Source: Chromera velia (taxonomy: Eukaryota). From it: a stretch of DNA of 51,457 bases. The stretch lies in assembly GCA_018398765.1 (NCBI GenBank), contig JAHBMJ010000286.1, forward strand, positions 1 to 51,457, read 5' to 3'. A program made the translations under genes and the position numbers. Of the stretch, positions 1 through 12,174 are shown piece after piece. Every line of letters begins with the position of its first letter. The stretch's first letter is position 1. The notes beneath the pieces are model-generated. The model saw only the letters and a list, made by a program, of their open reading frames with translations, searched no databases and was not told where the DNA came from.

Positions 1-1347
<1,347 letters not shown>

Positions 1348-2283
1348 TTGTAAGACCTTTCCGCACCCATCTATTCTCGCATGACCCTATAGTTTGGAAA
1401 AAAAACTTAGAAAAGGGTGCAATATAGTGTAATGCCAGTGTCTTAATTCAAAAAACATCATAAAATCCGTTCATTAAGTGATAAAGTCTAGGGGTTGATG
1501 ATGATATTCACGTAATAGATCTCACGGTAATTCAGGTCTGGGGAGAAGAGGGGTCGATGCAACACTGCAAACTAGATATATGGTAGGACGGATCTCACCA
1601 TTTCACGTACACGGCACAACACCACAAAAATCAGAACAACACATATGAATGTGCCCCACAAACAGAGCTCGCACGGACTAATGTGTAAGCGGCCCTGGAA
1701 AGGCACTAACGAATAACCACATATTCGATGGCCTAACATTAAGTTAAAGGAGGGGGTCTATCTTTGAGTTTCAAGGTGTGAAATGTTGCGAACGATGCCG
1801 TCAATCGGTGCTGCTCGCGCGTGAGAAAAATGTTTTTTTTTTTTTTATAAACTGAACCACGTACCTATACGTGTGTATATAGTCTTTGATTGAAGTATAC
1901 AATGCAAAAATAAAAACCCTTGTGCACTCAGTTATTCGATACCAATTCTACAGTTGCACTGCCAGACTTGTATCGAAGCATCAATGCTCCCGACTGAAGG
2001 TCAAAGACTTCCAGAGAACCCATCAGCTGCTTTCTTTGGAAACCCTCTTTGTTGTGAGGGAAATTTCAGAATTTAATCTAAGGCGTTGCTTTATTCATCT
2101 TGATAAGACACCTCCATTCTAAAATCGATACTTCGCTTGACTTACTTCAGCCGAGCCACTGATTAGAAAGCTTTCAAAGCAGAAAAGAAAATGGATCTTC
2201 GGTGGCTACAGCATCCCTGTCGTCGTCTTGCTTTTCTTTACCATTCTACGTTAGTCTGCAGTTTATTTTCTGAACAACACATG

Positions 2284-2597
2284 TGTAGGGCCTGTACGAG
2301 GCGCCGCCGTGAGGCTGGCGGGGCACTTATCTGATTGATGGGTTGCTCGCACGGAGTATGGGCGCGAGATCGATAAGCGCGTACGTCTGTGCATTGATTA
2401 ATATTTGCAGTGAAGCATGCGTTCTGTTTGAAGCCATTGAAAGGGCATGATGATGGACTTAGCAGTATGACTATTGATTGTCAGACCTTATGATATAGGA
2501 CTCCCTCAAGACCATCTGAAGATTTATGCTCTAGTTAGAGCCACCACACTGCTAGGGTTCTTATTTCATATCTAGAGCCCCACGTGCACCTCTGACA
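2284..2597 (+). repeat. 5' LTR (314 bp)
   Basis: TG...CA termini; direct repeat of 8149-8418. Confidence 0.92.
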
Positions 2598-2599
2598 GT

Positions 2600-2612
2600 T
2601 GGTTAGCAGAGC
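2600..2612 (+). promoter_or_regulatory. Primer binding site, initiator tRNA-Met-like
   Basis: TGGTTAGCAGAGC just after the LTR differs by one extra T from the TGGTAGCAGAGC/TGGTATCAGAGC iMet PBS type. Confidence 0.6.
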
Positions 2613-4665
2613 TTCTGGCAACACGGGGCAGCAGTGATGGTTGGCAATCTGATCAGCAAGTAGGAGACTCAGTCCGACAGTGATGAAGTCAGTATCACTT
2701 TCAATTGTCTGAAGTACTGAAGGGCAGTGGAATCATGGATCTGTCCAAGGAAAAAACTGGAAGAAGAAGAAATTTGGAGGAGGGAGTGTGAGGGAGATTA
2801 TCATTTTTATGGACTGATTGTTGTCTCTGGTTTGCTGCAATGAAGCACAAGGTGCTATGCTCATCAAGAAGCGCCCCAGCTATGGAGGAGCTTTGCACAA
2901 AGAAATTCAGTAAAGGAGGTTTGAGTTCTCTGTCGTTCTCTGTGTGTTTGTTTTAATTTGAGGAGGTTTGTGTGAGGGAACTCTCTGTATGTGTATGTAG
3001 TGACTGCAGGTGTGATCTCCAAGTGGAGGGGGATGCTGGTGTGCACAGCGGAACCTTCTACAAGGGGGCCTACTGCACTGTGCAGAGGGAGGAGGAATAC
3101 AGAGGATTACTGGATTTTGCGGAGAGCTCGGAGTGTATCCGGGGTGGCTGTTTCGGTGTTGGAGGTGAGGCTTGTGAGGAAGAAAAAAGAGCGACAAGAG
3201 GAAGTAGGTTCGCTGGCTATGTCTCAGAAACTTTATGTCACCTTCTAAATAAACAGTAGTGCCATGGGGGCACGGCGACATACTCATAAGTCAGTGAATC
3301 TGTGAGGATTGGGTTTTGGGAAATTTATTTTGGGAGGAGGAAGGATGGGGTGTGAGAAGGAAGAAGACTGTGTGTTGAGGTGGTTGTGGCTTTGTGTGGT
3401 TCGTTCTCTCGCAGTGTCTCTCTGCATGCTGACTGTCTTGTTTCTCCAGATAGGAAAATATCATGGGGATTCAGGTGGTTGAGATGAAGGGAGAGAAGAG
3501 AAGAAAATAAAAGAATGAAGTGAAGGTTGGAGGTGAGAGAGGAGATTGCCATACGAGAAGAACACAGGAAGAAAGGAAGAAGGAGCAATCATTGGAGAAG
3601 CAGAGAAGCAATTCTTGTGGAGAAATGAATGTGGGGATGATGATGGTGATGATGGGTCTCGATTCGTCTTTGCCTCCCCCTTTACACTCTGATTCCATTC
3701 CTTCCGTCCATCTTTGTATTGCATTAGGGGTTATATGAATTTTCCACTTCCCCAGAGTGTTCTGTCCTATCTGGGCCAGGGGGGGAAGAGAGAAGAAGTC
3801 AAGAGCTGTCGTCTGGGTACACGTTAGGGATCATACGAGTGCTTTGTTTCTCTGGCTGTCTCTACATGTTGTCTTCACTTTCCCTCTGTGTGTCTGTCTG
3901 TCTGGGTGTTGAGGGAGAGAGTGAATGGAAATGTAAGAAAGTAGATGAGTTCCAAAAGAGACGCACAGATGATAGAAACAGAAGAGAGAGTACACCTGAA
4001 GAGAGGAGCGTAGGTCTCTTCACGATCCTTGTTACTCTATGTCTGTTCTGTTCTTAAATCAGAGACAGACGGAGTGGAAAGGAATGGAGTGTCCATGGAA
4101 CTCTCGCTGCTTTGTTACGGTTGCTGTGCTACTCTCCTGAGTCGTTTGATTGAGTCCTGCTCAAGGGTGAGTGTGACTGAGAGGTGTGTGCAGAGAGCAT
4201 TGCCAAGTTGTAGCCTCTCCTGTGTGCAGAGACTGAGTGAGAACAGAAGAACACGCGGGACAGTACATGTAAGAAGAGAATGAAGAGCTGAGTGGGGAGA
4301 ATAGCCAGCATCAGTGCAGAATAAGTGACCATGACACTAACGCAGCAAACGAAAAGAGTGTAGATCAGAGAGAGAGTCATTGAGAGTGTGTTAATCTTGT
4401 TTCATCGCGTTCTCCGGTTCCGTGATGGTCTTGTTCAAAGAAAAGCGCACACCGTTTGCGGCTGTATTTGTGTGTGTGTAGTCGCAGTGTTTTGGAAATT
4501 CCTGCAGAGTTCACCCAGCAGGTTGGACATGTTCTGCAGAGTATCGAGCAGAATATCACCACCTCGCAGTAGGGGTAGCAGCAGATAGCGTTTAGAGAAC
4601 AGAAGCACGAACGAAGTGTGTCTGAAGGAGCACGGAGCTGCACATCAATAAGCGAGCTACGTGCC

Positions 4666-4919
4666 GCTACGGAGTGTGGTCCAGTGGCTAGCTTGTTGTA
4701 CGGGGCTCATATGGTATAAAAAGTTCTGTTATGTAAGGTTACTACTTCCAGGTACTCCCTTACAGACTTTTATACGAAGGTTTGACTCACTGCTGACTGC
4801 ATGCATGCGCGTAGCTTAATTGCATGGATGCAAATACGCTCGAACTGCACGTATCTCGATACGGCCTGACATGCTGCTTCATGTACCGTTGCACGGCTGG
4901 CTAGCTTCACAACGTTACG
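4666..4919. repeat. Internal direct repeat B, copy 1 (~255 bp)
   Basis: GCTACGGAGTGTGGT...CACAACGTTACG recurs with scattered substitutions at 7478-7730. Confidence 0.9.
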
Positions 4920-5442
4920 TGCCACCTCCTCCCTGAAACCACATCCACGCTGGCTTACATGGAGAATGCAAGTGAATCTTCTTATGCAACTCTTTTGGGC
5001 AATAGAGTTGTGATCGTTGATTAGATCATCACTTTCCCTCACCTGCAGGGTCGTAGAAAATCAAAGATGGCTTTTCTTTTCTTTTCTTTCGACTCTCTCT
5101 TATTTCTGTTTTCAAAATTTCCTTTACCATCTTTTCTGTGGTTCTTCCTCTCTTTTATACCATCGAATCATAGTCCACTCCAGTCAAACAATCACAACAG
5201 TTACTCCCAACCACCATCCGTACTGACTCCACCGTATATCCAGTGCACATGCCCCCTCCCCCTTCAAGGCCGCGTCCACGCTCGGTCAGAGAGAGTGTGA
5301 CACGCATGAGGACAACAACAAAGAGAAAAAAAATCAGACGCAAAAGAGCGGAAAACATATACATCGGCTAAAAATTGTTCCTTCAATCACGGAGTCCACT
5401 GGATGCCATAGTACTGCATCTCCCAATCGGTTGGCCCCACAA

Positions 5443-7265
5443 TCACCCCCGGCTCTTTCCCATCTGTTTGATCCGAGTCTCCATTAGCTTGGTGCTGCTG
5501 CTTTGATGGAGGTTGTGGACTGATAGAAGACTGCGCTGGAGTGCGGGCAGTCCGCACCGTGCGGACCGCACGCTCCTCATCTGCCGCACTGCAGGTCTCA
5601 CTTCCGGCACACACGGCATCACACTCCCTCCATTTCTATACATCTCCCTGTAAAATGTCTTCCCTGTCTGCCCACACCCACGATATGCCAAAAATGCATC
5701 CCAGTCTACCGTGCCAATTCCCTGAACATTTGGGATCAAGTCTTCCCTTCCCAACCGAAAACGAAAAGACACATCCTCCCAATACTCATGCTGGAGCGGA
5801 TCATGCGGTGGGACTGGCGTCTTTGGTTTTCCATGGGCTGCTCGCCTTCTCTCTTTCTCTTTGTTCTTCGCCTCCGTTCTCTCTTGCTGACGCCTGGCCT
5901 GACGAGACGGTGTCAAACCATCAGAAGAGACTGCTAGTCCCTCCACTCCCTCACTGATTGGAGGCAGAAGGGACCAAGGGCTGTCCGTCTCCTTCGTTTG
6001 CCTCACAGCCAGCATTTCCCTTTCGTGCTTTTCCTGCCTCTTTCTCTCTCTCTTTTCTTGGTGCTTTTGTTTCTGTCTCTCTGCTTTCCCCGGACTCCCA
6101 CCCCTAAAGTCATTTCCCTGCCCACCTATCTCCAAACGATTGAGCTGCGGAGACGGGCTATATAGTCTCTCAGACTGGCAGTGGATTTGCTCTCTCAATT
6201 CCCAACTCCCAACTCCATACAACGACTCAAACAAGTCCTTTCCCACACCTTCTTCGTCTTTCTTACTCCTTTCGATCCGGCACAGCTCCATCGGAGCGGG
6301 CTCATTCATTTGACCATCCCCTCCGGCAGGAGCCATCCCAGGGGAGCTCTGACCGAAATTAAAAGTCGTCCAAGGCGTCACAAAGAATACGCCCCCATCG
6401 GCATTAACAATCCCACTCCCCTCTTGCACTTCCCACGTCCCTCTGCCTTCTTTCTGGGACGACTAACTGAAGTCGAACGTTATGCTTGGAGTCTTAGCGA
6501 GTGTGGCTCCTATAGAGCTCACAGGGACACTCCCCTCTCGCACCCCAGACACCTGTACATCTGTTTGCTGCTGCGACTGATTGGAAACGCCCGACTGCGC
6601 ACAGCCGTGCGATCTTACGCGAACACCGCCATCACCCAGAGTTTCTTCGACCCAATCCACATCCCCCTCTCTTACACGGAATTCCTTCTCTGGGGTACCT
6701 GGTGAAATAATTCTTCTCTTTCTCTCTGTCCCTCGCTCAGGCCTCCTCCATTGTTGCGAGCATCCAGAAGAATTCGAGTGATTGCTGCCAAAACCTCGCC
6801 TGCTCGCTTTACCTCTCTCTCCACTTCGATTTGCATTTCCATGTACGCCTGGAGCCTTGCGCATGCCTTCAGAGAAAACGTCTCTGGGCTGCTAGACTTT
6901 CTGTTTCCTCCCTCTCCCTGCTAAACCTTTTGGGCAACCAGCATTACAGTGCTCAGATGATTGCTGAGACTGCGTTTGCTCTGCCACTTTTTTCTTCCAG
7001 GCCGTCTCTGTTAACCTGTTTTCGGTCTGCCCGTATCGGTGTGTTGAGTCGCATGTTGGACTGCACTCTGCTTCTCAGAAATCCCAGTTGGTGGACCAGA
7101 CGGTCTACTGGCTCCTGTGGACTCCAAGAGTCGCTCTGCAATCTCAAACCCTTCCTTCAAGAGGCTCTCACCGTTCGCTTGCACTTCTCTGGATGGAATG
7201 TCCTTAAATTTTTGAAGTTCACATACAAGCGAAAGAAAATTTCCGAAACGTTCCCAGATCAACAT
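5443..7265 (-). pseudogene. Decayed antisense ORF of unknown function inside the LTR element
   Basis: ORFs 6463-6864 and 5443-6429 share a frame and are split by a TAG at 6463-6465. ORF 7011-7265 lies upstream in another frame. The product has charged, coiled-coil-like stretches (QKQKHQEKRERKRQEKHERE) and no recognised domain. Confidence 0.5.
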
Positions 7266-7477
7266 GATCGACGTGCTGCTGAAGACTTTTGAGAACTTTC
7301 ACAAGACAAAGCAATGAACTCGTACTTTTTGTTTATTACAGTGGTCGCGTGCGTAGTTAGTACAAGCTGTGTGAAGCTGCAAAGAGACCTCGCACTGTCA
7401 GACAGAGAATGTGTTCACGATGCGAGACAGACGGTCTGCGAACTCCACTGAGGCTGATCGTTTCGTTCTGCTACCAC

Positions 7478-7730
7478 GCTATGGAGTGTGGTGCAGTGGC
7501 TAGCTTGTTGTATGGGGCTCATATGGTATAAGAAGTTCTGTTATACAAGGTTACTACTTCCAAGTACTCCCTTACAGACTTTCATACGAAGGTTTGACTC
7601 ACTGCTAACTGCATGCATGCGCGTAGCTTAATTGCATGGATGCAAATACGCTCGAACTGTGCATATCTCGATACGGCCTGACATGCTGCTTCGCGTACAT
7701 TGCACGGCTGGCTAGCCTCACAACGTTACG
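7478..7730. repeat. Internal direct repeat B, copy 2
   Basis: Direct repeat of 4666-4919. Confidence 0.9.
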
Positions 7731-8148
7731 CGTGCGAATTTGGCCTTAGCGCAGCGGGGGGCCTGAAGGAAGAAGACAAAACAGAGAGGTATAGAGAGGG
7801 TAGCGTGTGCAGCACACTGAGTGTGTTGTGGATTGGAGATGGGAGGCATTGCGGTCCTTTAGGACTGGAGGCCAGCGTGTACCCTGAACAGTCGACTGGT
7901 AATTGAGCGCTTAGGGGCTCCAGCAGATGGCGTAAGAGGGTGTACTGAGCCAAACACTTGCGTTTTGGAGGTCGACTGCAAATATGTGTGCAGATCAAAG
8001 CCTGTTAATTGGTATTATGTGGTCACTTGATTCCCATTTTTATTAGTTCGTTTGTTTTGAGAGCGGGCAGATGTAGGGTGAGACACGGTGAGAGAAAAGA
8101 AAGGAAATGTGAGCCGAGCATGGACGTCGGCCTTGGTAAGCGGGCAGA

Positions 8149-8418
8149 TGTAGGGCCTGTACGAGGCGCCGCCGTGAGGCTGGCGGGGCACTTATCTGAT
8201 TGACGGGTTGCTCGCACGGAGTATGGGCGCGAGATCGATGCATTCTGTTTGAAGCCATTGAAAGGGCATGATGATGGACTTAGCAGTATGACTATTGATT
8301 GTCAGACCTTACGATATAGGACTCCCTCAAGACTATCTGAAGATTTATGCTCCAGTTAGAGCCACCACATTGCTAGGGTTCTTATTTCATATTTAAAGCC
8401 CCACGTGCACCTCTGACA
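8149..8418 (+). repeat. 3' LTR (270 bp; 44-bp internal deletion relative to the 5' LTR)
   Basis: TG...CA termini, followed by the ACATG TSD. Confidence 0.92.
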
Positions 8419-9249
8419 ACATGCATATGTACCTTTCACTGTCTTTTCAATAGTTATATCAATCCACATTCTTATACTCAGCTTACTACAGGTTGAGTAG
8501 AACCAAATACAAAACTAGGCTGGAAGCTAAATGATTTGCTATCTTTTTCTGTGCAGGTCATCTTTTGGTAGTCAACATTCTCTATGGGGTCAATACAACA
8601 CTGACACTTACAAACAACCAGAGTACACCAAGTGGTACGTACAGTACATACAACAATAATGCTAGAACCACAACGCTCACATATACTGGAACAAGCCCTT
8701 TGACGGGCAACCAGGTCCACCCCGGAAAGAAGCATACCATCACAGTCGATACCTATACCCCAAAGTCCTTCAGCCCAGCCCTGTCCGTTGCAAACACAGC
8801 CTCAACAGAGTCAGCAGCAGCCTTATCTTACATTATTTGCAATGGACACATCGTAGGAGAGGCGAGGCATAACTGTGCCGTACGCGTTTCAGCCCAATCA
8901 GCCATACAGGGCCCCGACGACATCACCATCGATGCGACCTGCGGATGTCCGAACATCACCAGCCCCAAGAGAGAGTACCCGTTCCTGAGTGAAATCTGCA
9001 GTCAGTAGAAGCTGACTACAAATCATTGTCTTCTGTCTAAGACTTTGCAGTGCTGAGAAGAGCAAGGAAGTTCTCTTTTTCACTCCAGCTTGACGGTTGT
9101 TTTCACTGCGTGTTACAGTATGCTCCCAACTCGGTTTGCCTTTTGGAGTATGGAATGACTCCGCGACTCAAAAGATACATGGAAAAATAGTTTCTTCCTC
9201 CTTGTTTTCTCCATTTTTCAAAGTCATTCTTTCATATGCATATTCTCTG

Positions 9250-9251
9250 TA

Positions 9252-9284
<33 letters not shown>

Positions 9285-9288
9285 TTAT

Positions 9289-9324
<36 letters not shown>

Positions 9325-9367
9325 TTGTCTGTTTGTCTGTCTGTCTGTCTGTCTTTCTTTCTTTTTT

Positions 9368-9399
<32 letters not shown>

Positions 9400-9742
9400 T
9401 CCCTCTTTCTTTCTTTCTTTTTTTTTTTTTTTCTTTCTTTCCCTCTTTTTTTCTTGCTTTCTTGCTTTTTTGCTTTCTTACTTTTTTTGCTTTCTTTCTT
9501 TCTTTCTTTCTTTTTTTCTTTCTTTCTTTCTTTCTTTCTTTCTTGTTTTTTTTGCTTTTTTGCTTTCTTACTTTCTTATTTTCTTGCTTTCTTACTTTCT
9601 TGCTTTTTTTGCTTTCTTGTTTTTTTTGCTTTCTTGCTTTCTTGTTTTTTTTTATTTTTTTTGCTTTCTTGCTTTCCTGCTTTCTTTCTTTTTTTCTTTC
9701 TTTCTTTCTTTCTTTCTTTCTTTCCTGCTTTCTTTCTTTTTT

Positions 9743-9781
<39 letters not shown>

Positions 9782-9867
9782 CTCCTGCTTTCTCTTTTTT
9801 TTTCTTTCTTTCCTTCCTTCTTTCCTTCCTTCCTTCCTTCCTTCTTTTCTTTTCTTTTCTTTTCTTT

Positions 9868-9901
<34 letters not shown>

Positions 9902-9970
9902 TCTCTCTTTCTCTCTTTCTCTCTTTCTCTCTTTCTCTCTCTCTCTCTCTCACTCTTGCTTGCTTGCTTG
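9250..9970. repeat. Intronic compound microsatellite / pyrimidine low-complexity tract (CTGT, CTTT, CT)
   Basis: Simple repeats visible directly in the sequence. Confidence 0.95.
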
Positions 9971-11595
9971 CCGGTTTACTTGCATATCACTTCTCTGTTA
10001 TTGTTGATGCCTTTGACTGTCTCTGTAACTGTCTGTCTTCCTCTCTACCTTGCTGTATACAGACATCAAATGTGGAGGTGTGAAAGTGACAAACGCAGGA
10101 ACTGTGAACATATCAGACACCGTCTCGGGGGTCACCTCCATCACAGGTGCCTGTGGGGTCATGAGTATGGAGGTGATTGCCCTCATGCTGGGAGATGGCA
10201 ACACAGTGACCATCGACGGCAACGACGACGACCTCACGCCCGCGCCAACATGGAATGCCGGGATTACCATCGAGTACAGGTAAGAGATGGAAAGAGGTAA
10301 GAAGAAGACAGACAGATTCTTTTGGAGAATATATTGGATAGGGAATTCAATCGTTCACTCAGTTTCTCTCTCTTAAGATTACTTGTCAGAAGAAGAACGT
10401 CACCATTATTGAAAGAAGTTCTGTTTCATCTGGAAGCGCTGTAAGTCGAATTACAGAAAAAAATGCTTCAAAAGAGTTGGAGTCCTTCCTTGTTGATAGC
10501 CGACGGAAAATTTTGACGACGCTTTCGGAAATGGACAGCCCAACCGGTCTCTGCTCGCACTGTTTCTTTTTGCACGACCATAAAGGAAGAAAACAAGAAA
10601 TTCAAGGCTGAGGTCGGGCCAACCATATATAAAAACATCAGCACTTGACATTTCAAGAGAGGACCCTGCTGTCTGCCTGGCTGCAGGTACGACAACGGAA
10701 TCAAAAGTTCCGAAGACGCATCCATGATATGCCAGGGAGTCAGAAGCTCCATATCCACAGCCCTGTGGTCGAATGCGACAACGCCCATTTGTGAAAGTTA
10801 GTGTGGTAGCTTTTTTTTCCTTGTGAGCCAACAATTTTATATGGACGCCTCAACGCGCATCGTTTTTGACAGACTTGACCCCAAAAGGAATTCCGGACTT
10901 TTCTTCCGCCCTGCTTCTCTTTCTTTTTCTCTCCTTTGTCTTCTCTTTTCCCCTTCTGCAAGAACATGATATCCAACTGCATGCTTCTTCTCTCGTTCTT
11001 TGGACGAATGCAGTCCAGCATTCCGATCTGCACTTTTTCTTTGAGAAACCTTTTCAAGCAAACAGAATCTTTTCTCCCTTTCTTTTTTCCTTCACCGCTC
11101 GCAAGAGTTGTTTGCAGAGGCGTCCAGCCCTCCGCTTTTGACAGGGTATGCAGGATGCCAGTCAAAGCGTCTATGATCAGAGACGGCTCTTGGATGACCG
11201 ATGACTCTGTCTCCCTCTCTTGCCCCACAGGCCTCATCCCTGAGGGCACTTCTACTGTGCAGTGCATCCCTCTGTCAGAGATTCTACTTGTAAACTGGCA
11301 TATGAATAGAAAACTGACTTGTGAAGGTCTGTCTGTGTGTTTGCCTCCGTGTCTGTCTGTTTGTGTTTTTATCTATTTCCACAATGATTGTCGTGATTTG
11401 AGATCTTCAAGAAACATCCATGCAGGCTTTGACGGATCATATGGAAAGGCAAACATAGCATCCATACATACAACTATGTCCATCGTTAGTTCAAAGAAGT
11501 GCATCAAATGAATCTGAAAGATCGCTCTAAAATCCTTTCACTCCATTCCATGCATCAGCGGAAACGAGAAGCTCAAGAGATGTGAAGACAAAAGG

Positions 11596-12174
11596 CTAGG
11601 GGGGGGCACTTCAGCCAGTTACACCATGGTTACTGACCCTAGACCCCCCCCTTACAACGTATAACATGTAACCATCAGTCAAAAGTGGTGCCAATCGATT
11701 AGTTATGTTTGGTTACTCACAAAATTTGCTTTAAGATTGTTAAATAATTCAGGTTATGGTCAAAAATGATGAAAAATGATGTGTCACACTCACTTTGCCC
11801 CCAAATCCCCCATAACCGGGTAATCCATAACCTTTTTTGACCCCCCTCAAAAATGAAGTAACCTCCTTCAAAAAATATTCAAACGTGTTCTAAACATCAT
11901 TTTGAATGCTTTTAAAAGTTGAAAATTTGGTCGGTTACGGAGGTTAAAATGCTCGTAACCGGGTAACCTGTAACCTCTTTGTGTAACAAAGATAAAAAGG
12001 TGGTAACCCAAAGTAACCGCATAGCCTACACTTCAAAAACATCAGATTTTGATGTAACTTGACCAGGCGGAGCTCCAAGTTGCCGGACTAGCTCGCAAAA
12101 ATCTGTTTTTATTCATATTTTATGTTATTTTGGGCTCAAAATCCACCATAACTTTCCAGAGTGCCCCCCCCTAG
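11596..12174. mobile_element. Non-autonomous hAT-like DNA transposon (MITE) in an intron
   Basis: TIRs CTAG-(G)n-CACT / AGTG-(C)n-TAG. 8-bp TSD ACAAAAGG at 11588-11595 and 12175-12182. Many internal GTAACC/GGTTAC motifs. Confidence 0.85.

Larger units (their letters stand above)
2284..8418 (+). mobile_element. Non-autonomous LTR retrotransposon (6.1 kb)
   Basis: Two near-identical LTRs begin TGTAGGG and end CTCTGACA. A 5-bp TSD ACATG lies at 2279-2283 and 8419-8423. PBS-like TGGTTAGCAGAGC follows the 5' LTR and purine-rich AAGCGGGCAGA precedes the 3' LTR. Confidence 0.92.

Noticed and set aside
2900..3330. Possible copia RNase H remnant (GDILI, ADILTK-like)
   Set aside because: The match is too short and no other pol motifs are nearby.
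7478..7600. Functional tRNA-Met gene
   Set aside because: No acceptor stem or T-arm could be folded; kept only as a tRNA-like hypothesis.
2284..8418. DIRS/Ngaro split-direct-repeat element
   Set aside because: The repeat order is A-B-B-A with TG...CA ends, a PBS and a 5-bp TSD, which fits an integrase-type LTR element. No tyrosine recombinase was seen.
9097..10300. Long F/L/S-rich ORFs (328, 354 and 224 aa) resembling membrane proteins
   Set aside because: They are translations of CTTT/CT microsatellites that lack stop codons. Only 10063-10279 looks like a real exon.
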